A stretch of 64,000 nucleotides of DNA from Pseudomonadota bacterium (lineage in GTDB: Bacteria > Pseudomonadota > Alphaproteobacteria > Acetobacterales > Acetobacteraceae). Every line of letters starts with the position of its first letter. The first letter of the stretch is position 1. The stretch is from the NCBI GenBank assembly GCA_021808315.1, contig JAKBBY010000001.1:286-64285 (forward strand), written 5' to 3'. Both the position numbers and the translations under genes were made by a program. Positions 9,587 through 21,570 of this stretch are shown here, one piece after another. The notes beneath the pieces were generated by a model. That model was not told the origin of the DNA and did not search any database. It saw only the letters and a list, made by a program, of their open reading frames with translations.

Positions 9587-10822
9587 TCAGGCCCGTTCAG
9601 CGATCAGATGCGTCGCGGTGGCAGCGATGATGGTGGCGTGGATGATTTGGCCGGGTTGCACCGGTGCGGCGAAGCGGACGGGTGCAAAATTATCACTGTG
9701 GCCTTCGCTGCTCGATTCCGCGAGAACAGTGAGGGTTTGGCCGATTTGGCGGTTCAGGCGCTGCGCCAACCGGCGGGAACCGGCTTCACGCAGTTGGGCG
9801 GCGCGGGCGCGGCGCTCGGCCATCGGCAGTGCGGGGATGCGGGCGGCGGGCGTGCCAGTGCGCGCGCTGTAGGGGAAGACATGAAGGTAATCGAGCCCGG
9901 CTTCATCGATCAGGCGGAGGCTGTCTTGGAACATGGCCTCGTCTTCGGTGGGAAAGGCGGCGATCAGGTCGGCACCAAAGGCGATGCCGGGACGCAGCGA
10001 GCGGGCGCGGTGGGTGGCATCGATGACGTGCTGGCGCAAATGGCGGCGCTTCATGCGCTTGAGGATCATGTCAGAGCCAGCCTGCACGGAGAGATGCAAA
10101 TGCGGCATCAGCCGGGGTTCGTGCTCAATCGCATGCCAAAGATCGGCATCGATCTCGGCGGGGTCAATCGAGGAGAGGCGCAGGCGTGGCAGATCCGGCA
10201 GGGTTGCCAATAGGCGGCGCACGAGCTGGCCAAGTTTCGGCTGGCCAGGGAGATCAGCGCCATACGAGGTAAGATCGACGCCCGTGAGCACGATTTCCTG
10301 GTAGCCATGATCGAGCAGGGTGCGGATTTGCGCGGCGATGGCGCCCATCGGGATTGAGCGGGAAGGGCCGCGACCATACGGGATGATGCAGAAGGTGCAG
10401 CGATGATCGCAGCCTTGCTGGATTTCGATGAAGGCGCGTGCGCGGGTGCCGAAACCATCGATTAGATGGGCGGCGGTCTGGCGCACCTGCATGATGTCCG
10501 CAACCAGCATCGGCTCAGGCGAGGTCCAGGCCTCTGGGGTGAGTTTTTCGACATTGCCGAGGACGCGGCTGACGCCGGGCAGGGCGCTCCAGGCCTGCGG
10601 GTTGATTTGGGCGGCGCAGCCCGTGACGATGATGGTGGCGTCAGGATTGGCGCGGTGGGCGCGGCGGACTTCCTGGCGGGCTTGGCGCTCGGCTTCGCCG
10701 GTGACGGCGCAGGTATTGATGATGATGGTGTTGCTGAGGTTGGCGGCCTCGGCGTGGCCGCGCATGACTTCGCTCTCGAAACTATTCAGGCGGCAGCCGA
10801 AGGTGCGAATATCGAGCGTCAT
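9587..10822 (-). CDS. mtaB: tRNA t6A37 methylthiotransferase MtaB
   Basis: TFGCRLN, NTCAVT, radical-SAM CDHRCTFC, HVFPYS.R.GT.AA. Confidence 0.93.
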   Translation of the reverse strand: MTLDIRTFGCRLNSFESEVMRGHAEAANLSNTIIINTCAVTGEAERQARQEVRRAHRANPDATIIVTGCAAQINPQAWSALPGVSRVLGNVEKLTPEAWTSPEPMLVADIMQVRQTAAHLIDGFGTRARAFIEIQQGCDHRCTFCIIPYGRGPSRSIPMGAIAAQIRTLLDHGYQEIVLTGVDLTSYGADLPGQPKLGQLVRRLLATLPDLPRLRLSSIDPAEIDADLWHAIEHEPRLMPHLHLSVQAGSDMILKRMKRRHLRQHVIDATHRARSLRPGIAFGADLIAAFPTEDEAMFQDSLRLIDEAGLDYLHVFPYSARTGTPAARIPALPMAERRARAAQLREAGSRRLAQRLNRQIGQTLTVLAESSSEGHSDNFAPVRFAAPVQPGQIIHATIIAATATHLIAERA

Positions 10823-10835
10823 GGCAGGTGAGCGA

Positions 10836-11669
10836 TCATAACGGGCAAACATCATCAGCGAGGTGGCCGGCGAACACGGTCGCGACCGGGCCTTCCATCA
10901 GGACGTGATTATCGGTGCGCCAAGTGATGGTAAGGCTACCCCCATCCATGGCCACCACGGCGCGGCGGTGGGTTAGGCCGCGGCGATGGGCGTTGACCAG
11001 GGCGGCGCAGGCACCAGAGCCGCAGGCCAAGGTGAGACCCGCGCCGCGCTCCCAGACACGCAGGCGGATTTGGTCTGGCGCGTCGATCCGGGCGAAGCCG
11101 ATATTGGCCCGCTCCGGGAAAATTCGCGCGCGCTCCAGTGCCGGGCCGATGGATTCAACGGGCAAATGCTGCAAATCATCGACGAAGAAGGTGGCGTGGG
11201 GATTGCCCATGGAGCAGGCGGCAGGTTTTTCCACCGGGCCCATCGCGAGGCGAAGCGAAAGCGTGTCCATCGGTTCGAGGAGCGGTATCGCGCTCCACTC
11301 GAAATTGGGTTCGCCCATATCGACTTCGACGAGGTTGGGGCCTTTGATTTCGGCGCTGAGCAGGCCCGCGATGGTGCGGATGCGCAGATGGCGCGCACCG
11401 GTTTCGGCGGCGAGTAAAGCGGCGACGCAGCGCGTCGCGTTGCCGCAGGCGCCCGATTCCGATCCGTCCGCGTTCAAAATGCGCATGGCGGCATCGGCAT
11501 CGGGTGCGGGTTCGATCAGGATGATTTGATCGCAGCCAATGCCGCGACGGCGATCCGCGAGCAGGGCGGCTTGGTTCGGCGTGAGAGACACGGGCGCCGC
11601 GCGCGCGTCCATCACGACAAAATCATTGCCGGCGCCATGCATTTTCACAAAGGCCAAGCCGTCGAACAT
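10836..11669 (-). CDS. dapF: Diaminopimelate epimerase
   Basis: [34 protein letters not shown]. Confidence 0.97.
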   Translation of the reverse strand: MFDGLAFVKMHGAGNDFVVMDARAAPVSLTPNQAALLADRRRGIGCDQIILIEPAPDADAAMRILNADGSESGACGNATRCVAALLAAETGARHLRIRTIAGLLSAEIKGPNLVEVDMGEPNFEWSAIPLLEPMDTLSLRLAMGPVEKPAACSMGNPHATFFVDDLQHLPVESIGPALERARIFPERANIGFARIDAPDQIRLRVWERGAGLTLACGSGACAALVNAHRRGLTHRRAVVAMDGGSLTITWRTDNHVLMEGPVATVFAGHLADDVCPL

Positions 11670-11677
11670 GCTGCTCC

Positions 11678-13108
11678 TCAAGGGGGATTTATGGCTCCGG
11701 TATATGGGGTTGCGATGGATGCGGGAAGAGGGGTGATGCTGCGGTGGGCGAGGCGCTGGGCGGTGGTGCGGTCATGGGTGGCGATCAGGCAGGCAAAGTT
11801 GTGCGCCTGTTGCAGCGTGAGCAAGAGCGTGATCAGCGCATCGCGATTGGGGGGATCAAGCGCGGTGGTGGGTTCGTCGAGGAGCAGGATTTTCGGGCGT
11901 AGGATCAAAGCGCGGGCGAGGGCGACACGCTGGCGCTCGCCTCCGGAGAGGCGGTGCGGGTAGGTGCTCGCAAGATCGGGTGCGAGATTGAGGTCGGTCA
12001 GCATGGCGGCGACGCGTGCGGCGAGCGTTGCACGGCTGAGGTCGGGGTGATGGAGCGAGAGCCCTTCGGTGATGATTGCGCCAATAGTCATGCGCGGTGA
12101 CAGGCTGGAGCCAGGGTCTTGGAACAGGATTTGCAGGTCAGCACGGCGGCGGCGCAGGGCGGCGTTGCTGATTTGGTGAAGATTTTCGCCATCGAGCACG
12201 ATATCGCCGCGCGCGGGGATCAGCCGGGCGATGGCGAGCAACAAGGTTGATTTGCCGGTGCCGGAGGGGGCGGTAAGGGCGATGGTTTCGCCGGGTTGGA
12301 GCGTAAGATTGAGCGGCGCGAGGTTGAGATGCGCCACGGTGAGATTGTGCACCGTGAGGATCGGGGGGGCTGGGGTTGGGGGTGTGGGGTTGGCGGGCAG
12401 ACCCGTTACGAGGGCGATGCGGGGCGCGGTTTTAAGGCGGCCTGATTCGAGATGCAGAGGGTTGGTGTGCGCGGTGATCAGCGAGAGATCATGCGAGATC
12501 AGCAAGGTGGTCAGGTTGCGCGATTGGCGGGTGCGTTCGAGCAGTGCGAAGATTGCGCGGGCGCTGGCGGGGTCGAGTGCGGTGGTTGGCTCATCGGCGA
12601 TCAGCAAGAGTGGGTCGTTCGCGAGCGCGATGGCGAGGGCGGCGCGTTGGCGCTCGCCGCCCGAGAGTTGGTGCGGATAATCATCGCGGGTGAGGCCGAC
12701 CTCGGCGAGCAAAGCGCGGATGCGCGCGGTGCGCAGTGCGCGGGGTACTGGTTGCTGGAGGGTGATGGCGTCCTCAATCTGGGCGGAGATGCGTCGCAAC
12801 GGGTCCAGCGCGTCGAGCGGCTCTTGGAATACCAGCCCGACGAGGCCCCCACGGAGGCGGCGAAGCTGCTGTGTTGGGGCGGTGAGCAGATCGACGCCAG
12901 CGACAGTGAGTTGGTGTGCCGAGCGGGTGAGCGTGGGCGGCGTGAGGCCGAGCAAGGTGGCTGCGAGCAGCGATTTGCCCGCGCCGGACGGGCCGGTGAG
13001 AATTGTTGTGCTCCCGCGTTCGATGGCGAGGCTGGAAATATCGAGCAGGGTTTTGGTGCGATCATGGAGCGTCAGGGAACGGATTGCGATCATCGGGGCG
13101 GTCATCAA
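11678..13108 (-). CDS. Peptide ABC transporter ATP-binding protein with two ABC domains (YejF-like)
   Basis: GPSGAGKS and APSGTGKS Walker A; two LSGGERQR signatures; DEPTTALD twice. Confidence 0.88.
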   Translation of the reverse strand: MMTAPMIAIRSLTLHDRTKTLLDISSLAIERGSTTILTGPSGAGKSLLAATLLGLTPPTLTRSAHQLTVAGVDLLTAPTQQLRRLRGGLVGLVFQEPLDALDPLRRISAQIEDAITLQQPVPRALRTARIRALLAEVGLTRDDYPHQLSGGERQRAALAIALANDPLLLIADEPTTALDPASARAIFALLERTRQSRNLTTLLISHDLSLITAHTNPLHLESGRLKTAPRIALVTGLPANPTPPTPAPPILTVHNLTVAHLNLAPLNLTLQPGETIALTAPSGTGKSTLLLAIARLIPARGDIVLDGENLHQISNAALRRRRADLQILFQDPGSSLSPRMTIGAIITEGLSLHHPDLSRATLAARVAAMLTDLNLAPDLASTYPHRLSGGERQRVALARALILRPKILLLDEPTTALDPPNRDALITLLLTLQQAHNFACLIATHDRTTAQRLAHRSITPLPASIATPYTGAINPP

Positions 13109-14121
13109 CGGTGGCGCGGATCGAGTGCTTGCCGGAGCGAAATACCGAGCAGGACGCTGGGGATCAGGATGAGGCCGAGGCCGAGGATGGCGGTGGCAGC
13201 CAGCCAGGGGGCGTTGAGGTGGTTGCGCGCTTGGGCGGCGAGCGCACCGAGGGCGGCAGCGCCTTGGCTGGGGCCGAGATGGAGGAAGGATAGGCTGGCG
13301 AGGAGCGAAATCGCGCCAGCAAAGCTGAAGGGTAGGTTAGCGAGCAAAGCGGCGCTCGCATTGGGCAGGATGTGGCGCAGGATGATACGGTCGTCGGGCA
13401 GGCCGAGCGCAGTGGCGGCGCGCACATAATCAAGCCGCCGGGCGCGCAGGGTTTCGGCACGGATCGCCGGGATCAGGGTAGTCCAACTCAGGGCGAGCAT
13501 GGCGATCAGCAGGGTCATCAAGCTATGGCCGAGCAGGCTGGCGAGGGCGATGAGCAGGAACAGGACCGGCAGGGCGTTCCAGATTTCGACCAGACGCTGG
13601 CCGATCAAGTCAGGCAGGCCGCCATAATAGCCTTGCAAGGCGCCGACGCTGGTGCCGATGGCGGCGGCGCTGAGTGTCAGGCCAAGCCCGGCGAGAAAGA
13701 GGAAGCGCAGACTATAGAGCAGGCCGGCTAAAACATCGTGATCGGCAGCATCGGTGCCGAGGGGGCTGGTCCAGCTTGGGGGTGCGGGTGCCTTGCTTGC
13801 GTGCCAGACGAGGCTGTTCGGGCCGTGCGGGTCCGGCGCCCAGAGGATGAGGGCGCGCTGGGTTTGCAGGGCGTGGCGTAAGGCTGGATCGTGAAAATCG
13901 GCACGGATCGCTGGCATCGCGGGGTCAAAGCGCGAGGCGGGCGTGAAATTCAGGGCGGGCAGAGTGATTTTTCCATGATCGAGCACCAGGATCGGTTGCC
14001 CGTTGGCGAGCAAAGGGGCGAAGAGGCCCAGAAGTGCCAATAAGGCTAGGAGCGAGAGGGAAAACCGTCCTGAGCGATCAAGCCGAGACCAGAGGGATTG
14101 TGGTGCGTCGTCAGAGCGCAT
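13105..14121 (-). CDS. Peptide ABC transporter permease (YejE/OppC-like)
   Basis: PLGTD...DV, GALQGYYGG..DL.GQR, DYVRAA.ALG, RHILPN. Confidence 0.85.
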   Translation of the reverse strand: MRSDDAPQSLWSRLDRSGRFSLSLLALLALLGLFAPLLANGQPILVLDHGKITLPALNFTPASRFDPAMPAIRADFHDPALRHALQTQRALILWAPDPHGPNSLVWHASKAPAPPSWTSPLGTDAADHDVLAGLLYSLRFLFLAGLGLTLSAAAIGTSVGALQGYYGGLPDLIGQRLVEIWNALPVLFLLIALASLLGHSLMTLLIAMLALSWTTLIPAIRAETLRARRLDYVRAATALGLPDDRIILRHILPNASAALLANLPFSFAGAISLLASLSFLHLGPSQGAAALGALAAQARNHLNAPWLAATAILGLGLILIPSVLLGISLRQALDPRHR

Positions 14122-14818
14122 CCGGCGCCGGGGTTTTCGGGGTGAAGGTGCAAAACTGGGCGCCGGGGCAGCGCCAACATTCGGGTTTGCGCGCTTTGCA
14201 CAGGTAGCGGCCATGCAAGATCAGCCAATGATGGGCGGGGCGGAGCATGGATTTAGGGATGCGGGTGACGAGGCCATCTTCGACCGCGCGAACGGTGGCA
14301 CCAGGGGCCAGGCCGGTGCGGTTGCCGAGGCGGAAAATGTGGGTATCCACCGCCATGGTGGCTTGGCCGAAAATTTCATTGAGCACCACGTTGGCGGTTT
14401 TTCGACCAACGCCGGGCAGGGCTTCGAGGGCTTCGCGGTCGGCGGGAACGACGCCGTTATGGCGCTCCACCAGAAGTTGGGCGAGGGCGGCGACGTTTTT
14501 GGCCTTGGTTTGCCACAGGCCGATGGTGCGAATGTGATGGCCGATCCGCGCGGCACCCAGGGCGGCCATGGTTTGCGGGGTTGGGGCCTCGGCGAACAGA
14601 GCGGGTGTAACTTTGTTCACGGCGGCATCCGTGGTTTGGGCCGAGAGCACGACGGCGACCAGGAGTGAAAACGGGGTGCTGTAGAGAAGTTCGGTTTGTG
14701 GGGTGGGATTGTTGGCGCTGATCGCGGTGAGGAAAGGTGCGATGTCCGCGCGTTTCATCAAGCGTCGACGCGGGGGGCGTGGTTGGTTGGAGCCTGTTGG
14801 GGTGGAGCGTGGGGCCAT
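14111..14818 (-). CDS. nth: Endonuclease III (alternative start 14758)
   Basis: LLVAVVLSAQTTD, HhH LPGVGRKTANVV, VDTH, Fe-S CKARKPECWRC.....C. Confidence 0.95.
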   Translation of the reverse strand: MAPRSTPTGSNQPRPPRRRLMKRADIAPFLTAISANNPTPQTELLYSTPFSLLVAVVLSAQTTDAAVNKVTPALFAEAPTPQTMAALGAARIGHHIRTIGLWQTKAKNVAALAQLLVERHNGVVPADREALEALPGVGRKTANVVLNEIFGQATMAVDTHIFRLGNRTGLAPGATVRAVEDGLVTRIPKSMLRPAHHWLILHGRYLCKARKPECWRCPGAQFCTFTPKTPAPDAL

Positions 14819-14892
14819 GGATTGGTTTTGCGGAGGTGCAGTTAATCTGGCAAGGGGCTTGTGGTGACGAAAATATAAACGACAATAGAGAG

Positions 14893-15420
14893 ATGATGGA
14901 GCAAATCGCAGAGCCTCAATTGGCCGGGCCGGATATCGAGCTGTTTCAGGCAGTGTTGCGACCTTATCGCAGCATGGGGTGGCGCGGCATGGCGATTTTA
15001 TGTGGCGTGCTGGTGGCGGCATCGGTGCTGGTGAATAGTTTGATGTTCCTATTGGGCGCGTTTCCGGTGATTGGTTTTAACGGCGCCGAGCTTATTCTGG
15101 CGCTGACGATGTTTTGGCTGAATATGCGTGCGGCTCGGGCGTCTGAGGTGATTGTGCTGACGCAGGACCATTTGACGGTGACGTGGACGGATCCGCGCGG
15201 TCGGCGCAATCGGGTGGAGATGGGCACGGCTTGGTTGACCGCGATGTTGGAAGAGCGGCGGGGGAGTGTGCCGGTATTGACGGTGGGCGGGCGCCAGAAG
15301 CGCGTGACGGTGGGGGCGCATTTGGGTGATTTCGAGAAGCGCGAACTGGCGCAGGCGTTGCAGGCGGCGCTGGAGCGGCTGCGGTCGCCGCGGTTTGATA
15401 ATGTGCAGACGCGCGATTGA
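14893..15420 (+). CDS. DUF2244 family membrane protein
   Basis: L.PYRSM..RG, GAFPV.GF, VG.HL...EK.ELA.AL; divergent from nth. Confidence 0.8.
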   Translation: MMEQIAEPQLAGPDIELFQAVLRPYRSMGWRGMAILCGVLVAASVLVNSLMFLLGAFPVIGFNGAELILALTMFWLNMRAARASEVIVLTQDHLTVTWTDPRGRRNRVEMGTAWLTAMLEERRGSVPVLTVGGRQKRVTVGAHLGDFEKRELAQALQAALERLRSPRFDNVQTRD

Positions 15421-15459
15421 GGTTTTTTGCGTCGGCGCGTGAGGGTTAGGTTGGAATGG

Positions 15460-16035
15460 TTAGGATTTGAGGGCGGCTTCGATCCGGCGATCCGGGACCA
15501 GCCAAAGCACGGCGACCAGCGCGTAGAGCGCGTCCGCCAAGACCGGACTGACGAAGGCGAGCAAAATACCCAGCGCATAGAGCAAGGGCGATAATTTGCC
15601 TTTAAGGTCGCGCCCGATGGCTTGGGACAGGGCAGATTTTGATCCTTGGGCCCGAACAATGACGGTTTGTAATAGATACCAAGCCATTGCGGCCATGAGG
15701 AGTGAAACGCCGTATAAGGCGGTGGGGATGGCGGCGGTGTGATTGGTGCCGAGCCAGGCGGTGGCAAAGGGGATGAGTGAGAGCCAAAATAAGAGGTGCA
15801 GATTGGCCCAGAGCATGCCGCCGGTGACGTGAGGGACGAGCTGGAAAAAATGGTGGTGATTATTCCAGTAGATCGCGACATAGATGAAGCTGAGGATGTA
15901 GCTGACGAAGGTTGGCGCAGAGGTTTGGAGGGCGGCGAGCGTGGTGCCGTGCGGAACTTTTAGATCAAGCACCATGATGGTGATGATAACGGCGATGACG
16001 CCATCGCTGAAGGCGGCCAGACGATCTCGTTCCAT
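15460..16035 (-). CDS. TMEM175 family (DUF1211) K+ channel-like protein
   Basis: RLAAFSDGVIAVIITIMVL, YWNNHHH, LFWLSLIPF. Confidence 0.9.
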   Translation of the reverse strand: MERDRLAAFSDGVIAVIITIMVLDLKVPHGTTLAALQTSAPTFVSYILSFIYVAIYWNNHHHFFQLVPHVTGGMLWANLHLLFWLSLIPFATAWLGTNHTAAIPTALYGVSLLMAAMAWYLLQTVIVRAQGSKSALSQAIGRDLKGKLSPLLYALGILLAFVSPVLADALYALVAVLWLVPDRRIEAALKS

Positions 16036-16068
16036 GATGATGATTTATGCGTGGTTCGGTTTGATGGC

Positions 16069-16100
16069 AAACGAAAAGGCCGTGGCTTGCGCCACGGCCT
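16069..16100 (-). terminator. Rho-independent terminator of groESL
   Basis: AGGCCGTGGC-4nt-GCCACGGCCT 10-bp hairpin followed on the minus strand by TTTCGTTT. Confidence 0.85.
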
Positions 16101-16128
16101 CTTGTTTGGCTGTAAGCGGAGCGATGGA

Positions 16129-17793
<1,665 letters not shown>

Positions 17794-17838
17794 TCAAAAT
17801 TATAGAATGAGCACGATACAAACGGCTGATGATCAGGC

Positions 17839-18156
17839 TTAGGCGGCCTTCTTCTTGCCGGTTGCAGTTGCCTCGATGATGCCCATGATGTCAGACTCTT
17901 TCATGATCAGCAGCTCTTCGCCGTCGATCTTGACTTCGGTGCCGGACCATTTGCCAAACAGCACGTGATCGCCTGCTTTCACGTCGAGGGCGACGAGCTG
18001 GCCCTGTTCGTTGCGCGCGCCGGGACCAGCGGCGATGATCTCGCCTTCCATCGGCTTCTCTTTGGCGGTGTCGGGGATGATGATGCCGCCGGCAGTCTTT
18101 TCTTCGGCATTGAGCCGACGAACGACAACACGGTCGTGCAGGGGACGGAACTTCAT
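17839..18156 (-). CDS. groS: Co-chaperonin GroES
   Basis: [28 protein letters not shown]. Confidence 0.99.
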   Translation of the reverse strand: MKFRPLHDRVVVRRLNAEEKTAGGIIIPDTAKEKPMEGEIIAAGPGARNEQGQLVALDVKAGDHVLFGKWSGTEVKIDGEELLIMKESDIMGIIEATATGKKKAA

Positions 18157-18226
18157 GGTTCGCTCCTGGATATGTTCAGGTTGAGATGAGGCACAGCAAC
18201 CGCGACCCTCAAGCGGCATCGGGCTG

Positions 18227-18253
18227 CTAGCACTCTCATCGGGAGAGTGCTGA
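18227..18253. promoter_or_regulatory. CIRCE element 1 (HrcA operator)
   Basis: CTAGCACTC-N9-GAGTGCTGA versus consensus TTAGCACTC-N9-GAGTGCTAA, upstream of groES. Confidence 0.9.
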
Positions 18254-18255
18254 CC

Positions 18256-18284
18256 ATTTAGGATGGGGTGCTGGCGATGTCAAG
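18256..18284 (-). promoter_or_regulatory. Probable groESL promoter (RpoH-like)
   Basis: Minus strand CTTGAC...CCTAAAT between the two CIRCEs; resembles alphaproteobacterial sigma32 promoters. Confidence 0.55.
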
Positions 18285-18288
18285 CGGA

Positions 18289-18315
18289 GCAGCATTCGCC
18301 GACCGTGAGTGCTAA
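18289..18315. promoter_or_regulatory. CIRCE element 2
   Basis: GCAGCATTC-N9-GAGTGCTAA; the right arm is perfect consensus. Confidence 0.75.
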
Positions 18316-18423
18316 AGTGTTGAATCGAAGAGATTTTTCTTGATTTTGGGGTGGGGTGTCATGGCAATGTCATGATCCGGCCGCGTGATGCCGAACCTAA
18401 AGTGTTTCTAGCGAAGAGGTGTT

Positions 18424-18684
18424 ATGATGGAATTGACCCGCCAAATAAATGACTACCGGTTGACGACCGCGGAGATCCTCTACCATCTGCCCGATCATCC
18501 GGCGGTGTTGCAGACTTATATATGGCAGGACCTTGATTTGGCCCCGCGATTTCCGGCGTTACAGCGGTTTCTGGCGTTCTGGAGCCTCAATTTGGATGGG
18601 CGGTTGCATTCGGTTCGCGTCGGCGTGGCTAAGCTGATCACGCCAGGGGGCTGGGGGCATGCGGAGATTTTGACGCTTCAGTGA
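18424..18684 (+). CDS. usg: Usg family protein
   Basis: Y.LTTAEILYHLPDHP.VLQTYIWQD.DLAP.FP.L..FL.FW...LDG.LHSV.V is the Usg-family pattern. Confidence 0.88.
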   Translation: MMELTRQINDYRLTTAEILYHLPDHPAVLQTYIWQDLDLAPRFPALQRFLAFWSLNLDGRLHSVRVGVAKLITPGGWGHAEILTLQ

Positions 18685-18807
18685 ATTCACGCACGGGCGT
18701 CCACCAGGGCCAAAAAAATATTTCTAACTTTTCGTTTTTTATGCTTTCGCACCTGCCCCAGTTTGGTGTAGAGATTTCCTCATGCTGGAGTTGTGTGCGT
18801 CGTTGTG

Positions 18808-20166
18808 ATGGAGCCGCGCACCGACTTCCTCGCCTTTGCCTGCGCTGTGCTTGGCGCGCGGGCCGAGGCTCCCGCTCGCCATCATCGGCTGCTGATTGAT
18901 CATTTACAGAATGTTACCGATGGGGCGACGGATCGGTTGATGGTGTTGATGCCGCCGGGGGCGGCGAAGTCAACCTACGGGTCAGTGTTGTTCCCGGCCT
19001 ACTGGTTTACGGCGCACCCGGCCAGCGATGTTATCATGGCGTGTCATACCGCGTCGCTCGCGGAGCATTTTGGCCGCGCGACGCGTAAGGTGATTATCGA
19101 GCACGGCCCGACATTCGGGTTGACACTCAGCGGTGATGGCCGGGCCGCGGGGCGGTGCGCGCTGCAAGGCGGGGGCGCTTATTTTGCGGCTGGCGTGCGC
19201 GGGCCGATTACCGGGCGGCGCGCGGATTTGGTGATTATTGATGACCCGATCAAATCATGGGCCGAAGCCGATAGCAGGGCGGCGCGTGATACGCTGGATC
19301 AATGGTATCGCGCTGAGTTGATGTCGCGGTTGAAGCCGCATGGGCGGATCGTGCTGATCCTGACACGTTGGCATGCTGATGATTTGGCGGGCCGATTAAT
19401 GGCGGGCTCTGAGCCATGGACCGTGCTGCGCTTGCCTGCTTTGGCTGAAGCCGGTGACGTGTTGGGGCGCGCGGAAGGCGAAGCGCTCTGGCCGGAATGG
19501 GAAAACCGCGATGCACTGATACGGCGCCGCGCTGCGGTTGGCGAGCGTGCTTTTGCGGCCCTGTATCAGCAGGCTCCGCATCGGTCATCGCAAAAGCTGT
19601 TTTCGGTTGATCATGCCGTCATGATCGATGTTGCGCCCCCTATTGTGGCCCAGATCCGCGGGTGGGACCTTGCGGCGACAGCGGCTCATGGGCGGAGCGA
19701 CCCGGATTGGACGGCGGGCGTTAAAGTCGGAATGACTGCAACCGGCGAATTTGTGGTTCTGGATGTGGTCCGGGTGCGGGCGGGCCCGGCTGATGTGGAG
19801 CAGGTTCTGCTACGCACCGCACGGCAGGATGGCGTTGCCACGCAGATATCATTGCCGCAGGACCCGGGGCAAGCGGGTGTTTGGCAAGCGCAAGCGCTGA
19901 CCCGTGCTTTGGCAGGGTATAACGTTATCGCGAGTCCCGAGACGGGTGCCAAATCCACCCGCGCTCAGCCGGCGGCGGCGGCCATGCAGTCTGGACGCAT
20001 CAGAATTATGCGCGCGGCTTGGACGGATCAATTCCTGGCTGAACTGCGCGAGTTTCCAGACAGCGACAAGGATGATCAAGTCGATGCGCTCGCCCGGGCC
20101 TTAGCGGGTGTGAGTGCGGTTCCGACGCCGACGCGGCGGGTTCATTTGCAGATGATGGGGAGATAG
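18808..20166 (+). CDS. Phage terminase large subunit
   Basis: MPPGAAKST Walker A, GRRADLVIIDDP Walker B, LTRWH..DL.G, nuclease WDLA and FP....DDQVDA. Confidence 0.92.
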   Translation: MEPRTDFLAFACAVLGARAEAPARHHRLLIDHLQNVTDGATDRLMVLMPPGAAKSTYGSVLFPAYWFTAHPASDVIMACHTASLAEHFGRATRKVIIEHGPTFGLTLSGDGRAAGRCALQGGGAYFAAGVRGPITGRRADLVIIDDPIKSWAEADSRAARDTLDQWYRAELMSRLKPHGRIVLILTRWHADDLAGRLMAGSEPWTVLRLPALAEAGDVLGRAEGEALWPEWENRDALIRRRAAVGERAFAALYQQAPHRSSQKLFSVDHAVMIDVAPPIVAQIRGWDLAATAAHGRSDPDWTAGVKVGMTATGEFVVLDVVRVRAGPADVEQVLLRTARQDGVATQISLPQDPGQAGVWQAQALTRALAGYNVIASPETGAKSTRAQPAAAAMQSGRIRIMRAAWTDQFLAELREFPDSDKDDQVDALARALAGVSAVPTPTRRVHLQMMGR

Positions 20167-20169
20167 ACG

Positions 20170-21570
20170 GTGTTCGATGCGATCAGCCAGTTGATCGGCG
20201 CCGATCAGGCGTTGCCGCACCGTGCCCAGCGTTTGGCGATGTATCAGCGGGTGTTGGACGGCACGCTCTATGATGATTTGCCCTACGCGTTTCAGGACGA
20301 GCGTAATGGCGCTGGCGACTATATCCCGCTGCGTCAACGCCGACCGTCGGTGCGTTACGGTTTGTGCCGGATGGTGGTGGAAGATTCGGTGGCGCTGTTG
20401 TTCAGTGCCGGGCATTTCCCTTCCATTGATTGCCCAGAACCGGCCGTGGCCAAAGCCTTGGGCGATGTGATCCGCGAGAACCAACTCAATGCGCTGATGA
20501 TTGATGCTGCCCTGGCGGGATCGGTCGGCTCGGTCGCGCTTTGGATGCGGGTGTTGCGCGGCAAATTACATTTCTCGGTCATACGAACACTGTATTTAAC
20601 CCCGATCTGGCGCGCCGAAGCCCCCGACAGCTTGGAGGCGGTGACTGAGCGTTATCGCGTGCGCGGGGCGGAGTTGATTGAACGCGGCTATCGCGATATC
20701 GATCCCACCCTCAGCTATTGGTTTCAACGACGCTGGACCGCAACCGATGAGCTTTGGTTTGACCCATTGCCGGTTGATGCCGATGCTGCCTGGCAACTCG
20801 ATGAAGCCCGCAGTGTGCGTCATGATCTTGGGTTCGTGCCTATTGTTTGGGTGCGAAATTTGCCAGGCGGTGATGACATTGACGGCGCCTGTACGTTTCG
20901 TCCGGCTATCGAAACATCAATTGAGATTGATTATCAGCTATCGCAGGTTGGTCGGGGGTTGAAATATGCCTCAGATCCAACCTTGCTCATCAAGGAGCCT
21001 GCGAGCACTGATCGCGAGATGATCAAAGGTGCGGGAAATGCATTGGTTGTTTCTGAAAATGGTGATGCGAAATTGCTTGAAATTGGCGGCACCGCGTCTG
21101 CTGCGGTGATCGATTATGTGCGCACCTTGCGCGAGTTTGCGCTGGAGAGTGTGCATGGAAATCGTGCCAATGCTGACCGGCTGGCGGTGGCCCCCTCGGG
21201 GCGAGCGTTGGAGCTGATGAACCAGGGATTGATTTGGCTCGCTGATAATTTACGAATTTCCTATGGCGAAGGTGGTTTGCTCAAATTGCTCCGGATGGTG
21301 TTAGCTGCGCGACAAAAGTTCGACATCATTGTCGGCGGCACCGTCATGCCGCTTTTTGACGTCAATATGCCGATCACGCTGCGCTGGCCGCGTTGGTATC
21401 CGGCTTCTGCCGATGACCGACTGAAAGAGGCGCAAGCAATTGCAACGCTCGCTAACGCCGGTCAGATTTCCCGGGAAACGGCGGTGAAGACACTCGGACA
21501 GCAAATGGCGATCACCGATGTTGAAGCAGAGTTATCCCGGATTAGACAGGAGCAGATAGACGATGACTGA
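20170..21570 (+). CDS. Phage portal protein
   Basis: 466 aa after terminase; H.LGFVPIVW..N, SG.ALE, C-terminal ISRETAV...DVEAEL.RI resembling SPP1-type portals. Confidence 0.8.
   Translation: MFDAISQLIGADQALPHRAQRLAMYQRVLDGTLYDDLPYAFQDERNGAGDYIPLRQRRPSVRYGLCRMVVEDSVALLFSAGHFPSIDCPEPAVAKALGDVIRENQLNALMIDAALAGSVGSVALWMRVLRGKLHFSVIRTLYLTPIWRAEAPDSLEAVTERYRVRGAELIERGYRDIDPTLSYWFQRRWTATDELWFDPLPVDADAAWQLDEARSVRHDLGFVPIVWVRNLPGGDDIDGACTFRPAIETSIEIDYQLSQVGRGLKYASDPTLLIKEPASTDREMIKGAGNALVVSENGDAKLLEIGGTASAAVIDYVRTLREFALESVHGNRANADRLAVAPSGRALELMNQGLIWLADNLRISYGEGGLLKLLRMVLAARQKFDIIVGGTVMPLFDVNMPITLRWPRWYPASADDRLKEAQAIATLANAGQISRETAVKTLGQQMAITDVEAELSRIRQEQIDDD

Noticed and set aside
18681-18899. 72-aa ORF as small terminase
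   Set aside because: No HTH or coiled-coil character, crosses the AT-rich patch and overlaps terL out of frame.
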